The notes beneath the pieces are model-generated. The model searched no databases, had not been told where the DNA came from, and worked only from the letters and a program-made list of their open reading frames with translations. DNA of 64,000 nt from Bdellovibrionales bacterium. Lineage in GTDB: Bacteria > Bdellovibrionota > Bdellovibrionia > Bdellovibrionales > UBA1609. Shown here piece after piece: positions 49,928 to 57,975 of the stretch; position 1 is the stretch's first letter, and each line of letters opens with the position of its first letter. The position numbers were made by a program, and so were the translations under genes. Location of the stretch: assembly GCA_965197855.1 (NCBI GenBank), contig OZ240230.1:301823-365822 (forward strand), in the 5' to 3' direction.

Positions 49928-50293
49928 TCACATCTTATTTAATGCTTGTTTTCTTTTAACTAAAGTAGATACTACAATTTGACGTATCTCCGCTAAAGAC
50001 TCTGTTCTTAAAAGATTCAATAAAGACCTATGAATTCTAAAATTCATTACGTTATGTTCTTCAAAAAATTTAAGTGCTTTTTGCTTATCTTTTAGATTGC
50101 TGTCAGATTGTAATTCACTAATTTTTTGGCTGATATTTGATTTTTCGGAAAAAGAATCTTGGCAGTCTTTAGAAATAGCTTGTCCTGCACACACGTAACA
50201 AAAAACAACAATTAAAAAAACTGTATTTAATACATATCCTTTTGAATAAAGCATATTAAGCCCCTTAATATGAAACCCAATATACTTTATCAA
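49928..50293 (-). CDS. secreted N-terminal-third homolog of 50378-51529
   Basis: VFCYVCAGQAISKDCQDSF..KQKALKFFEE..LLRTESLAEIRQ aligns with VFCYAYFGQAVSEDCQTSF..KEQALKFFET..LLKREPSAELRQ. Confidence 0.45.
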   Translation of the reverse strand: MIKYIGFHIKGLNMLYSKGYVLNTVFLIVVFCYVCAGQAISKDCQDSFSEKSNISQKISELQSDSNLKDKQKALKFFEEHNVMNFRIHRSLLNLLRTESLAEIRQIVVSTLVKRKQALNKM

Positions 50294-50377
50294 GGATTCT
50301 ATAACAAGATCAGAACAAACTCCACACCCTACACTTAAAAGTCAGTATTGTAATTTTTACAAAGGCGCTAATATTGT

Positions 50378-51529
50378 TTAGAAGTTATTAGGATTAGAGT
50401 GCCTAAATGTGAGTTCGTCTAAAGCCCTCTGAGCAACATTTTGAGTTCTAATATGACTGTCATCTTCACTAAGATCTTTTAACAATCTTTCTATATCGCG
50501 ATCAAAAATACTCGTTTTTCCTAAAATCTGAATGCTACTTATAACAAGAGAAGAACGACCCTCAATCTCACCTTGTATAACATCCATCAATGTTCTTTGA
50601 ATATAACGAATAGTAGATTCAGCTCTTTTTTGAAATTTATGTTTACTGACAGCCCAACCACTAACATGTACATCAGAAACAGCTTCCTGTTGTACTTTAT
50701 GAAGTAATTGTAATTTTAAAGACTCTATAGAATGAATAATATTCAAAAGATCCAAAGCAACACTGTGTGCTTTTTTACTGGCACTCTTTTGCAAGACATG
50801 GGATAGACTTTCATGTAACAAAGGATCGTATTGAAGTTCTTTCCTAGCTAAATATGATATTGATGAACGTCCAAGTCTAGGACTGTTGGCAACATTCTCT
50901 ATAGAACCCTTTATACGCTCTAGATAAAAAGACAAAATACTCTTTAAACGTTGTTGAACCGCGTTTTGTACATCCACATTCGTATCATCTAAAAATTGCA
51001 CTAAATATTCCTGCATTCTGTGATCAGTGACATAAGGTTCTTGATCAATAATTGAGATACGCAGATCTGTAGAAGGATCATCTCTTAATGCTCTCTTTAA
51101 AGATTTTTCAATTTGCCCAATCATTACTCTGCTATACCCAATTTTTAGAGGATTTCTTTCAAGAGAAATTTTTTGATTTAACGCATTTCTGCGCTCTGCT
51201 AAAGTATATACTATGGCTTGACGTAACTCAGCCGACGGCTCTCTTTTTAAGAGGCCCATTAAAAACATATGAACATTAAGGTTGCTTAAACTACGTGTTT
51301 CAAAAAATTTAAGAGCTTGTTCTTTATATTGCAAATCCCTGCTAGATTGCAATCGACTCACCATTTGATCTGCATTTACATATTTGAAAAAAGAAGTTTG
51401 ACAATCTTCAGAGACAGCTTGACCAAAATACGCATAACAGAAAACAGCAAGTGGTAGAAATGTTTTTAAATATCCCTTTAAATGAAACATCCTTGAACGC
51501 CTTGTAATAACGTCACTGTACTCTATCAA
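50378..51529 (-). CDS. secreted HEAT-like repeat protein (full-length paralog)
   Basis: Signal-like hydrophobic segment. Collinear with the two downstream ORFs taken together. Confidence 0.5.
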   Translation of the reverse strand: MIEYSDVITRRSRMFHLKGYLKTFLPLAVFCYAYFGQAVSEDCQTSFFKYVNADQMVSRLQSSRDLQYKEQALKFFETRSLSNLNVHMFLMGLLKREPSAELRQAIVYTLAERRNALNQKISLERNPLKIGYSRVMIGQIEKSLKRALRDDPSTDLRISIIDQEPYVTDHRMQEYLVQFLDDTNVDVQNAVQQRLKSILSFYLERIKGSIENVANSPRLGRSSISYLARKELQYDPLLHESLSHVLQKSASKKAHSVALDLLNIIHSIESLKLQLLHKVQQEAVSDVHVSGWAVSKHKFQKRAESTIRYIQRTLMDVIQGEIEGRSSLVISSIQILGKTSIFDRDIERLLKDLSEDDSHIRTQNVAQRALDELTFRHSNPNNF

Positions 51530-51743
51530 TCATTTTATAACAAGATTAGAAGGTTAGAAGGGTAAAATTTACACTGCTTTTTAAAGAAAAATTTTTCTTA
51601 TTATACAGCGTATATAATCAATTCTTAATAAGATGTTAAGAAATAATAGAAAAACTAAAGACGTCATTCCTGTGACTTGGCTCAGCTGTTTTCGGTTGGC
51701 ACCTCAACCACCTCGCTCCTGCGAAAGCAGGAATCCAGTCATA

Positions 51744-51777
51744 TAAAAAAAGGGAGAACTCTCGTTCTCCCTTTTTG
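51744..51777 (-). terminator. rho-independent terminator downstream of the silent pilin cassette
   Basis: Stem agggagaac / gttctccct with loop tctc, flanked by an A-run and a T-run. Near-identical to the terminator after the expressed pilin. Confidence 0.7.
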
Positions 51778-51826
51778 AATCACACTGTGGCAACATCTAA
51801 ACAAACCACAGTCCCAATCTTATTAA

Positions 51827-52419
51827 TTAAGTACAAGTAGTACCAAAGTCAGCAGCGACCCCTTCTGAACTTTCTCGAATTACGCCATTATGATCAATTT
51901 CATTACCTATAAAAGTATTACCTGATATGTGTCCCCAAACTCCCATTTTGTAACTCGTAACGGTCAATTCACAATCAGGGTCTGCAGTAGAAGTAGCATC
52001 TCTTATTGCAGTAGCTGTTACCAGTAATGTAGAAGGCGTAGTAGCAGGTGGAATAACAGCCTGACAATTGGCATCAACTGCTGTGAATCCAATCAGATTT
52101 ATCTTTCCTGGCCCAGTTGTTGCTGGAGCATCACAATCTGTAGCTACTGTACAAGTTTGTCCCACTCTTCTGGAATTAGTACAAGCTAGTGGTGTACCAG
52201 CGCATACTCCTGCTTGTGCGGGCTGAAGATTCCCATATAATTTACTGCTTACAAGTGATCTCATACCAACATTTTGTATTGAAGCCGCAACAGGAAGTGT
52301 GTCTCTTTCACAATAAGAATCCAGTTCAACTCCAAAAGCTAACCAACCTTTATGAAGCTGTAGTAAATCAGTCTTATAAGCCGTTTTCTTAGCGGATTTT
52401 CTGTACTCATTATATGCAG
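51827..52419 (-). other. promoterless, leaderless alternative type IV pilin C-terminal cassette
   Basis: Translation ..AYNEYRKSAKKTAYKTDLLQLHKGWLAFGVELDSYCERDT.. matches residues ~31-70 of the pilin at 54379. It ends with the same ..GHISGNT..NGV....CT C-terminus and has paired Cys. It lacks the G/FSLVELM leader and hydrophobic helix. The Met-initiated N-terminal extension in the ORF track (to 52519) is not pilin-like. Confidence 0.75.
52299..52419. repeat. left inverted repeat (IR-L) of the putative pilin inversion switch
   Basis: Reverse complement of 52367-52419 equals 54467-54519 with 1 mismatch in 53 bp. Homology continues at lower identity (roughly 85-90% by eye) to 52299 / 54587. Confidence 0.85.
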
Positions 52420-52556
52420 ATATGAGTATGACCTTCTGCTCTTTAAACAGAATGTGGTTTTTTGTGTGATTTTGCATAGTTTCTGCGGTGATTTTGCTGT
52501 GAATAAACCGCAAAATCACCGCACATATAAAAACAAGAAATCAAGCCAAAAAAGGT

Positions 52557-53756
52557 CTAAACTGTATACGCAAAATCTTTTGAATGGCTTAATACATTAT
52601 AATTCGGCAAAGATTTTTTCCCCAATACACTAAAAACCTGACTGGTTTTTTGAGCTGTATCTTTTGTCAACAAAGCCACAGCCTTGGCATATCTTTCCGT
52701 CATTCGGCTAGATCGATGTCCAAGACTGGCCTGGACAGAAGCCAAATCCTTTGTGGCAAGTAAAGCCATAGTGGCATAAGAATGTCTTAAAATATGAGTT
52801 GAACGCCATGGCAGGTTTAAAGCTTGGAACCCTTGATTAAAAATTCTTTGAATAGTGACATAATTTAAAAGATCTCCATTGTCCTTTTTAAAAAGCAAAC
52901 TATTTCCTGAATCTTCCTCTCTCATTTCTTTTAAAATTTTTATTAAATCATCCGGCAAAATTAACAGTCGAGAAGAGGTGTTGGTTTTTGTAGTTTCCAC
53001 TAACTCAGGTCTTCTAGTATGAAAGTCCCATCTGATAATCCTCATCACTCTGGCTGTACCTTCTTCTAAATTAATAGCATCCCACTTCATTGCACAAGCT
53101 TCACAGATTCGAACCCCTGTGAGCAGCATAAAAATAGCAATCCTCCAGTAAACAGGATTTTCCCTGTTTTTTTTAATCCAGTCTAACCAGTTTCTGGCAT
53201 CCATAGGCCTCATAAAATAATCAGGACATCTAGGGCGAATAATTTTGTAATAACAGGATTGTTTATGTTGCTTTGTCACCGGATTATTAAAATTTTCATT
53301 CACAAAATTTTTATACCAATTCAAAACAGTGGTCAGAAGCTTTAACTCAAATTGAAAACTTTTTCTGGAAGCCGTATGAATTGTAGGATGTTTCTTCAAC
53401 CAATCAATCCAATTATGGATGTGTCTTGCGTTCAATTGATCCATTTCTACATTGCATAGAGGACTTTCCATAAGATATTTCAGTCCATTTAAGTAAGACT
53501 GCCGTGTTGGTTTTTGTAAAAAAGGAATAGCTTTCTTTTGAAATATCTTAATGCAGTCAGAAAATAAATTCACAGAGCTTTCTTTTTCTAAAGGCTCTCC
53601 TTTTAAAAACTTTCTTTTATCTTCATGCCACTGGGTAGCCTCTGATTTTGACTCAAACGTTTTGTAATAAACACGTCTTCCTTTGACGTAAATTTGAGCC
53701 TGGTAACGGACTTTTTTTTCTCCATTCTTTTTATAACATCTTCTTACTATAGCCAT
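52557..53756 (-). CDS. tyrosine site-specific recombinase (phage-integrase family)
   Basis: 399 aa. C-terminal catalytic motifs TGVRICEA.., HILRHSYATMAL.., LGHRSSRMTERYAKA (R..H-x-x-R..H/Y). Arm-type N-terminus (KKVRYQAQIYVKGRRVYYKTFESKSEATQW). Confidence 0.85.
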   Translation of the reverse strand: MAIVRRCYKKNGEKKVRYQAQIYVKGRRVYYKTFESKSEATQWHEDKRKFLKGEPLEKESSVNLFSDCIKIFQKKAIPFLQKPTRQSYLNGLKYLMESPLCNVEMDQLNARHIHNWIDWLKKHPTIHTASRKSFQFELKLLTTVLNWYKNFVNENFNNPVTKQHKQSCYYKIIRPRCPDYFMRPMDARNWLDWIKKNRENPVYWRIAIFMLLTGVRICEACAMKWDAINLEEGTARVMRIIRWDFHTRRPELVETTKTNTSSRLLILPDDLIKILKEMREEDSGNSLLFKKDNGDLLNYVTIQRIFNQGFQALNLPWRSTHILRHSYATMALLATKDLASVQASLGHRSSRMTERYAKAVALLTKDTAQKTSQVFSVLGKKSLPNYNVLSHSKDFAYTV

Positions 53757-54259
53757 AATTTAACCTCCTTTTGATTAAATTACGCTTTGTAAACGTTTAA
53801 AATGAAGAATAGAAAGACTTCTTGTTTAAATCAAAGATATTTTTCACAAGAGACATTTTATTGATTTTTTAATTAGTATTTGTTACAAATAGAGATAAAC
53901 AATAGAAGTGTCTTTAATTGATAAAATTTAAAAACGAAAACACACAAAAAATCTTAATATATTTAAAGAAAAATTTTTACTAAATGATAGAAATGTTATA
54001 GCTACTCATTTCAGCAAAGTAACTAAGACTTAGGGAGGGGTTTAAACTTAGAGGGTAGAATCTATACATCATTACAAAAAACTCAGTTCTGTTGATTTTT
54101 TAGGCAGTTAGTCTAAGCCAAAGAAGGCTAAAAGCATAATCTGTCCATAATTGTTTCAGAATGAAACAAAATAATAATTTTTTATAAGAAAGCTTAACAT
54201 ACCCAGCACTTATGATTATATTTTAGGATGAAGGAGGTCAGAATATTCAAAAAAATTAA

Positions 54260-54279
54260 GGTTTTACAATTGTAAAACC
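54260..54279. promoter_or_regulatory. perfect 20-bp palindrome upstream of the pilin gene
   Basis: ggttttacaattgtaaaacc, about 100 bp upstream of the pilin ATG and inside the putative invertible segment. Confidence 0.5.
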
Positions 54280-54378
54280 GTAAGTAAACAAAGTAATAAA
54301 AAATGGTTTTTTATTACAAACTGAAATTAACTTATAAATTTGCTATTAAAATAGCAATTTTATTATAAGGAGGAACAA

Positions 54379-55080
54379 ATGAAATTAACGAAAAAACGAG
54401 GATTTTCGCTCGTTGAGCTGATGGTTGTTGTGGCCATTATGGGAACTTTAGCTGCGATAGCAATTCCTGCATATAATGAGTACAGAAAATCTGCTAAGAA
54501 AACGGCTTATAAGACTGATATGTTGGGCTTTCATAAAGGTATGTTAGCTTTTGGAGTTGAGCTGGATTCTTATTGTGAAAGAGACACTGCACCCGAAGAA
54601 GTTTCCATATCTAATATAGGTATGGGGTCACTTGTGTCTAGTAAACTTTATGGTACTAAGGGTCTTTGTGAAATTCCAAATCCTGCAATACTAAATTGTG
54701 ATTGCAACGGACAATCAAACACAACAAGTTGTGCTGCACATATGAGTAGTGATACTATTCCTGTCGCTTGTGGTTGTACTTGGGCAAATACTGGTGGAAA
54801 TGGTCCCGGTAAACACAACTTCATAGGTTTTGGTGGTAATGGAGCCACTCCGTGTAGTGGTACAGCTCTTGTAGATACTCAAATATTAGGAACAGATACT
54901 GCAGGGGCAACTACTACCGCTGATACTAGCTGTGATCTAGGAGTTACTGAATATGAATTAGGAGTGTATGGACACATTTCTGGAAATACTGGCTTTGGTG
55001 TTTCTGTAAATCAAAATGGAGTTTTATCAAGCGAAGTAACACCCACACTTGTTGCGGCTGCGGACGCAAACTGTACTTAA
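54379..55080 (+). CDS. type IV pilin (prepilin with N-terminal methylation/cleavage motif)
   Basis: Strong RBS aaggagg. Leader MKLTKKRG / FSLVELMVVVAIMGTLAAIAIPAY (G-1, F+1, E+5). C-terminal Cys pair (..SCD....NCT). Confidence 0.9.
   Translation: MKLTKKRGFSLVELMVVVAIMGTLAAIAIPAYNEYRKSAKKTAYKTDMLGFHKGMLAFGVELDSYCERDTAPEEVSISNIGMGSLVSSKLYGTKGLCEIPNPAILNCDCNGQSNTTSCAAHMSSDTIPVACGCTWANTGGNGPGKHNFIGFGGNGATPCSGTALVDTQILGTDTAGATTTADTSCDLGVTEYELGVYGHISGNTGFGVSVNQNGVLSSEVTPTLVAAADANCT
54467..54587. repeat. right inverted repeat (IR-R) of the putative pilin inversion switch
   Basis: See IR-L. The repeat begins at pilin codon ~30 (P-AYNEYRKS) and is in frame in both cassettes. Confidence 0.85.
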
Positions 55081-55122
55081 TGGATGTGTGTTTGATTTAA
55101 TCGCTATTATAGCGTAATTCAG

Positions 55123-55152
55123 AAAGGGAGAACGAAAGTTCTCCCTTTTTTT
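55123..55152 (+). terminator. rho-independent (bidirectional) terminator after the pilin gene
   Basis: Stem aaagggagaac / gttctcccttt with loop gaaa, followed by a T-run. Shared with the convergent ATPase gene. Confidence 0.75.
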
Positions 55153-56284
55153 ATAGGGCTTTATCAACACAAAATTTCCAAAAAGGCAGTACTGTAATAC
55201 CCTTATCTACTTCAATATGCTTAGACCCTAAGTGAACCTGATAAAACTTAGGAATATTTGTTCTCTTTCTAAAATAGTGAATATGAGGAGACACAGCTCT
55301 TTCTCCGGTCTTACACTCCACAGCAAACACAGGTTTTTTATTTTTAATAACTACAAAGTCAATTTCTCTTTTGTCCACATCTCTTAAAAACCTAAGCTCC
55401 ATTTTTTCTCCTTCTGTATCCTCTAAAAAATGACAGTATTTTAATAAATGACTAGCTACCATATTTTCAAATCTAAAAGCCCGGTCTTCAATAGCACTCC
55501 AATCCCATAAATAAAGCTTTTGTTCTTTTTTAACAGCACGAATCTTCAAAGACCCAAAAGGGGCAATCCGATATGAGTAATAAATTTGATCTAAAATTTG
55601 TACCCACTGACTTAGTGTCATATGATGAACATTCAAATCATCTGCAAGATTCTTAATCGATAACGGAGACCCTACACGTTCACTCAAAGCATCTGCTAAT
55701 AATTCAATAGAAGTCAGCTCCTTTACTCGATTTAACTCTCTGACATCATCATTGATAATCCTATAAACTCTCTCCCTATGCCATAGTTTCAAGTTCTTCT
55801 CTGTTCCATTAAAAAACGGCTCTGGAAATCCTCCAAGCTTTAATAAATCTTCAACAGTACTCTCATTAGCAGATAGCTCTTTTACAGTTAAAGGATGCAG
55901 TCTTAAATAACGATAACGACCTAATAACGAATCCCCTCCTTTACGATATAAATCCAAACGCGCTGAACCTGTCACAAGAAACTTATATTTATATTTTTTT
56001 GTATCATAAAGCCCTTTTACAAGAGATCTCCAATTTTTAAATTTATGAACTTCATCAAATAACAACATTTTCTTATCAACCGGCAATTCTAAATTTTTAA
56101 TCCTATATCGAGCCTGTGGATCATCCCAATTAAGATATGCACTGTTGCTTATAGAAGGAGGATTAAGAAACTGAAGACATAATGTTGTTTTTCCTACCTG
56201 CCTAGGGCCGCCCACAAAAACCATCCTATTTCTCAAAAAAGATTTTATGGGTTTTAATAAATATCTGCTGTGAAAATTTTTCAT
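55151..56284 (-). CDS. AAA+ ATPase with C-terminal DUF4143-like domain
   Basis: Walker A GGPRQVGKTTL, Walker B LLFDEVH and the typical ~380-aa architecture of the AAA_14/DUF4143 family. Confidence 0.7.
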   Translation of the reverse strand: MKNFHSRYLLKPIKSFLRNRMVFVGGPRQVGKTTLCLQFLNPPSISNSAYLNWDDPQARYRIKNLELPVDKKMLLFDEVHKFKNWRSLVKGLYDTKKYKYKFLVTGSARLDLYRKGGDSLLGRYRYLRLHPLTVKELSANESTVEDLLKLGGFPEPFFNGTEKNLKLWHRERVYRIINDDVRELNRVKELTSIELLADALSERVGSPLSIKNLADDLNVHHMTLSQWVQILDQIYYSYRIAPFGSLKIRAVKKEQKLYLWDWSAIEDRAFRFENMVASHLLKYCHFLEDTEGEKMELRFLRDVDKREIDFVVIKNKKPVFAVECKTGERAVSPHIHYFRKRTNIPKFYQVHLGSKHIEVDKGITVLPFWKFCVDKAL

Positions 56285-56304
56285 ATTGAAGTATTTTAAA
56301 ATAA

Positions 56305-56334
56305 GAGTAAATGATAGTCAACTATCATTTACTC
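56305..56334. promoter_or_regulatory. perfect 14-bp inverted repeat (2-nt spacer) just upstream of the ATPase start codon
   Basis: gagtaaatgatagt ca actatcatttactc, followed by a third half-site-like gagtaaataatagt. Confidence 0.45.
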
Positions 56335-56573
56335 ACGAGTAAATAATAGTTGAGTATCACATGCTCATCAACGTTGTTTCCTGTCGCAAACTCATGGATT
56401 TGCTCATACAAAACTTGTAAATTCGTAGAAAAAGTATGCGAATCACTATTTCATCTTGAATCACTTTATTTCAGAAAATTTTTACTGCATTTCAATTTAT
56501 CTAAATAAATCAATAAGTTGCAACTTATTGCACCAGAACTTGCAACTATGGTTATGTAATCAAAGGAGACCAG

Positions 56574-56663
56574 ATGAAAAATAAATTAACTTTTATTGGA
56601 ATTTCCGAAGGCATGAAAATTGCCGGAGCCTTTGACACATTCTCTGAAGCAGAAGGAACATAA
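56574..56663 (+). CDS. candidate small protein (29 aa)
   Basis: aaggag RBS 5-6 nt before the ATG. Translation MKNKLTFIGISEGMKIAGAFDTFSEAEGT. Too short for the ORF track, with no homology evidence. Confidence 0.25.
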   Translation: MKNKLTFIGISEGMKIAGAFDTFSEAEGT

Positions 56664-56701
56664 GAAATTGAAATATTCTGGATTCACTCAAAAACTTAAC
56701 A

Positions 56702-57181
56702 TTATTCTCTTTCTCTCCCTGAGCAAAATCCACCTGCATAAGGTTCATCACAATGTTCTAAACCAAACACTGTCACAGTCGTTGAGCCAAAGCGCTCCAC
56801 CGGAGTTACCTCCTCTGTTGTAAAGTCCCCTACATAAGCTTCATCACCCGGACCATTAACAACTTTAGCAGAAATAAGCAATTTTGAAAAATCCACATCA
56901 GCATCTACCGAAATGGAAAAACGAATAGGAAATTCTTTAATATTATCAACTCTATGCTCTTTGACTGTTCGAGTTGTTTCCGAATCTTCCTCAACATAAA
57001 GACGAATGATAGCATGTGACTCTGAAGTAAACTTAAAATCCCCTTTGTAAGAATGCTGGCTCTGAGCAGGTATAATTTTTCCGGACACAGATGAACCAAG
57101 TATATTACAAGCAGACAATGTGGTAAGGACACATAAAAAAGATATCAAATGCAATATATAAAAATTTTTTAAAATGAACAT
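56702..57181 (-). CDS. putative lipoprotein (possibly YbaY-like)
   Basis: Lipobox LTTLSACN. 159 aa. The family assignment is only a weak recollection. Confidence 0.4.
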   Translation of the reverse strand: MFILKNFYILHLISFLCVLTTLSACNILGSSVSGKIIPAQSQHSYKGDFKFTSESHAIIRLYVEEDSETTRTVKEHRVDNIKEFPIRFSISVDADVDFSKLLISAKVVNGPGDEAYVGDFTTEEVTPVERFGSTTVTVFGLEHCDEPYAGGFCSGRERE

Positions 57182-57406
57182 ACTACAAAATGTAACATAA
57201 TTCTTAAAAAAACCAAGTCTATACAGAATTAAACAAGCTGAAAAAAAATTCGCAGTTTATTTTAGATAAGAAAGAATCTCTATGACTCCCCTTTCTTATT
57301 TAAAAACAACAGGTACATGATCCAGAAAAAAATTAAAAAATGAGAAATAAATACACGGTGAATAGAATCACTTGAATTTATAAACAAACAACCCTAGAAT
57401 TAACTT

Positions 57407-57973
57407 ATGAAATACTTTATCATCCCCTTTCTTTTTATATCTATTCATACTATATCAGCTGAAAAAAAGATCAAAGCTGATACTGTTGCCGTAAAAAAAA
57501 CAAAACAAAAACCAGTATCAAACATCAACCCACGACGTATCAATCAAATATCAGATTCTACTCTTAATCAATCTATTGATTCCGTAACAAAGCTTTTCAA
57601 TGAGCTGGATGTTGTCTGCCAAAACGATAACTCCTTAAGCCAACAAGTCACAGAGTTTCAACAAAGGCTTGTGACAATAAAACAGAAAATTCGTCAGATA
57701 AAAGAAGATTTTAGTATTAGTGACCCCTCCATACACTCTTATATACATACATTGGATTTGTATTTAAATAAATCTGAAAATTTTAATTACGAAAAAGAGA
57801 TCCCCAAAAATACAGATGAACTCAAAGAGTATGTATCTGGTCTAGCTCTTTCTTTTCAATATATGTATCAATTGGCATTTAATATTCCGGAAAATACTCC
57901 TATGAACAAGTTTCCAGAAGGCTGGGCCCAATCTATTGGGACAGCCTTAACTTGTCTGAAAAATAACCAATAG
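57407..57973 (+). CDS. secreted hypothetical protein
   Basis: Signal peptide MKYFIIPFLFISIHTISA. 188 aa. Confidence 0.4.
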   Translation: MKYFIIPFLFISIHTISAEKKIKADTVAVKKTKQKPVSNINPRRINQISDSTLNQSIDSVTKLFNELDVVCQNDNSLSQQVTEFQQRLVTIKQKIRQIKEDFSISDPSIHSYIHTLDLYLNKSENFNYEKEIPKNTDELKEYVSGLALSFQYMYQLAFNIPENTPMNKFPEGWAQSIGTALTCLKNNQ

Positions 57974-57975
57974 CT

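Noticed and set aside
51662-51740. GC-rich hairpin element (cgtcattcctg ... tcctgcgaaagcaggaatccagtcat), possibly a REP/MITE-like repeat. Its first ~11 nt resemble the start of the tRNA-His repeat unit (acgtcatcccg)
   Set aside because: There is only one copy in the window and the shared stretch is very short. Without a genome-wide count, a repeat-family claim is unsupported.
51827-52519. The 230-aa ORF taken as an ordinary expressed pilin-like gene starting at the listed Met
   Set aside because: The first ~35 residues (MILRFIHSKITAETMQNH...) are not pilin-like. They run through a 14-bp hairpin and lack the leader peptide, hydrophobic helix and an RBS. Only the part from AYNEYRKS onward is pilin sequence.
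52557-53756. Integrase as the marker of a prophage or integrative island
   Set aside because: I found no tRNA target, no direct att repeats and no phage or conjugation genes on either side. Instead the gene is bracketed by inverted, in-frame pilin repeats, which favours an invertase role.
56519-56550. Sigma-54-type promoter (ttgcac-N-cttgca) upstream of the 29-codon ORF
   Set aside because: The invariant -24 GG is TG here, and the spacing to the TTGC element is off by one. This is not convincing.
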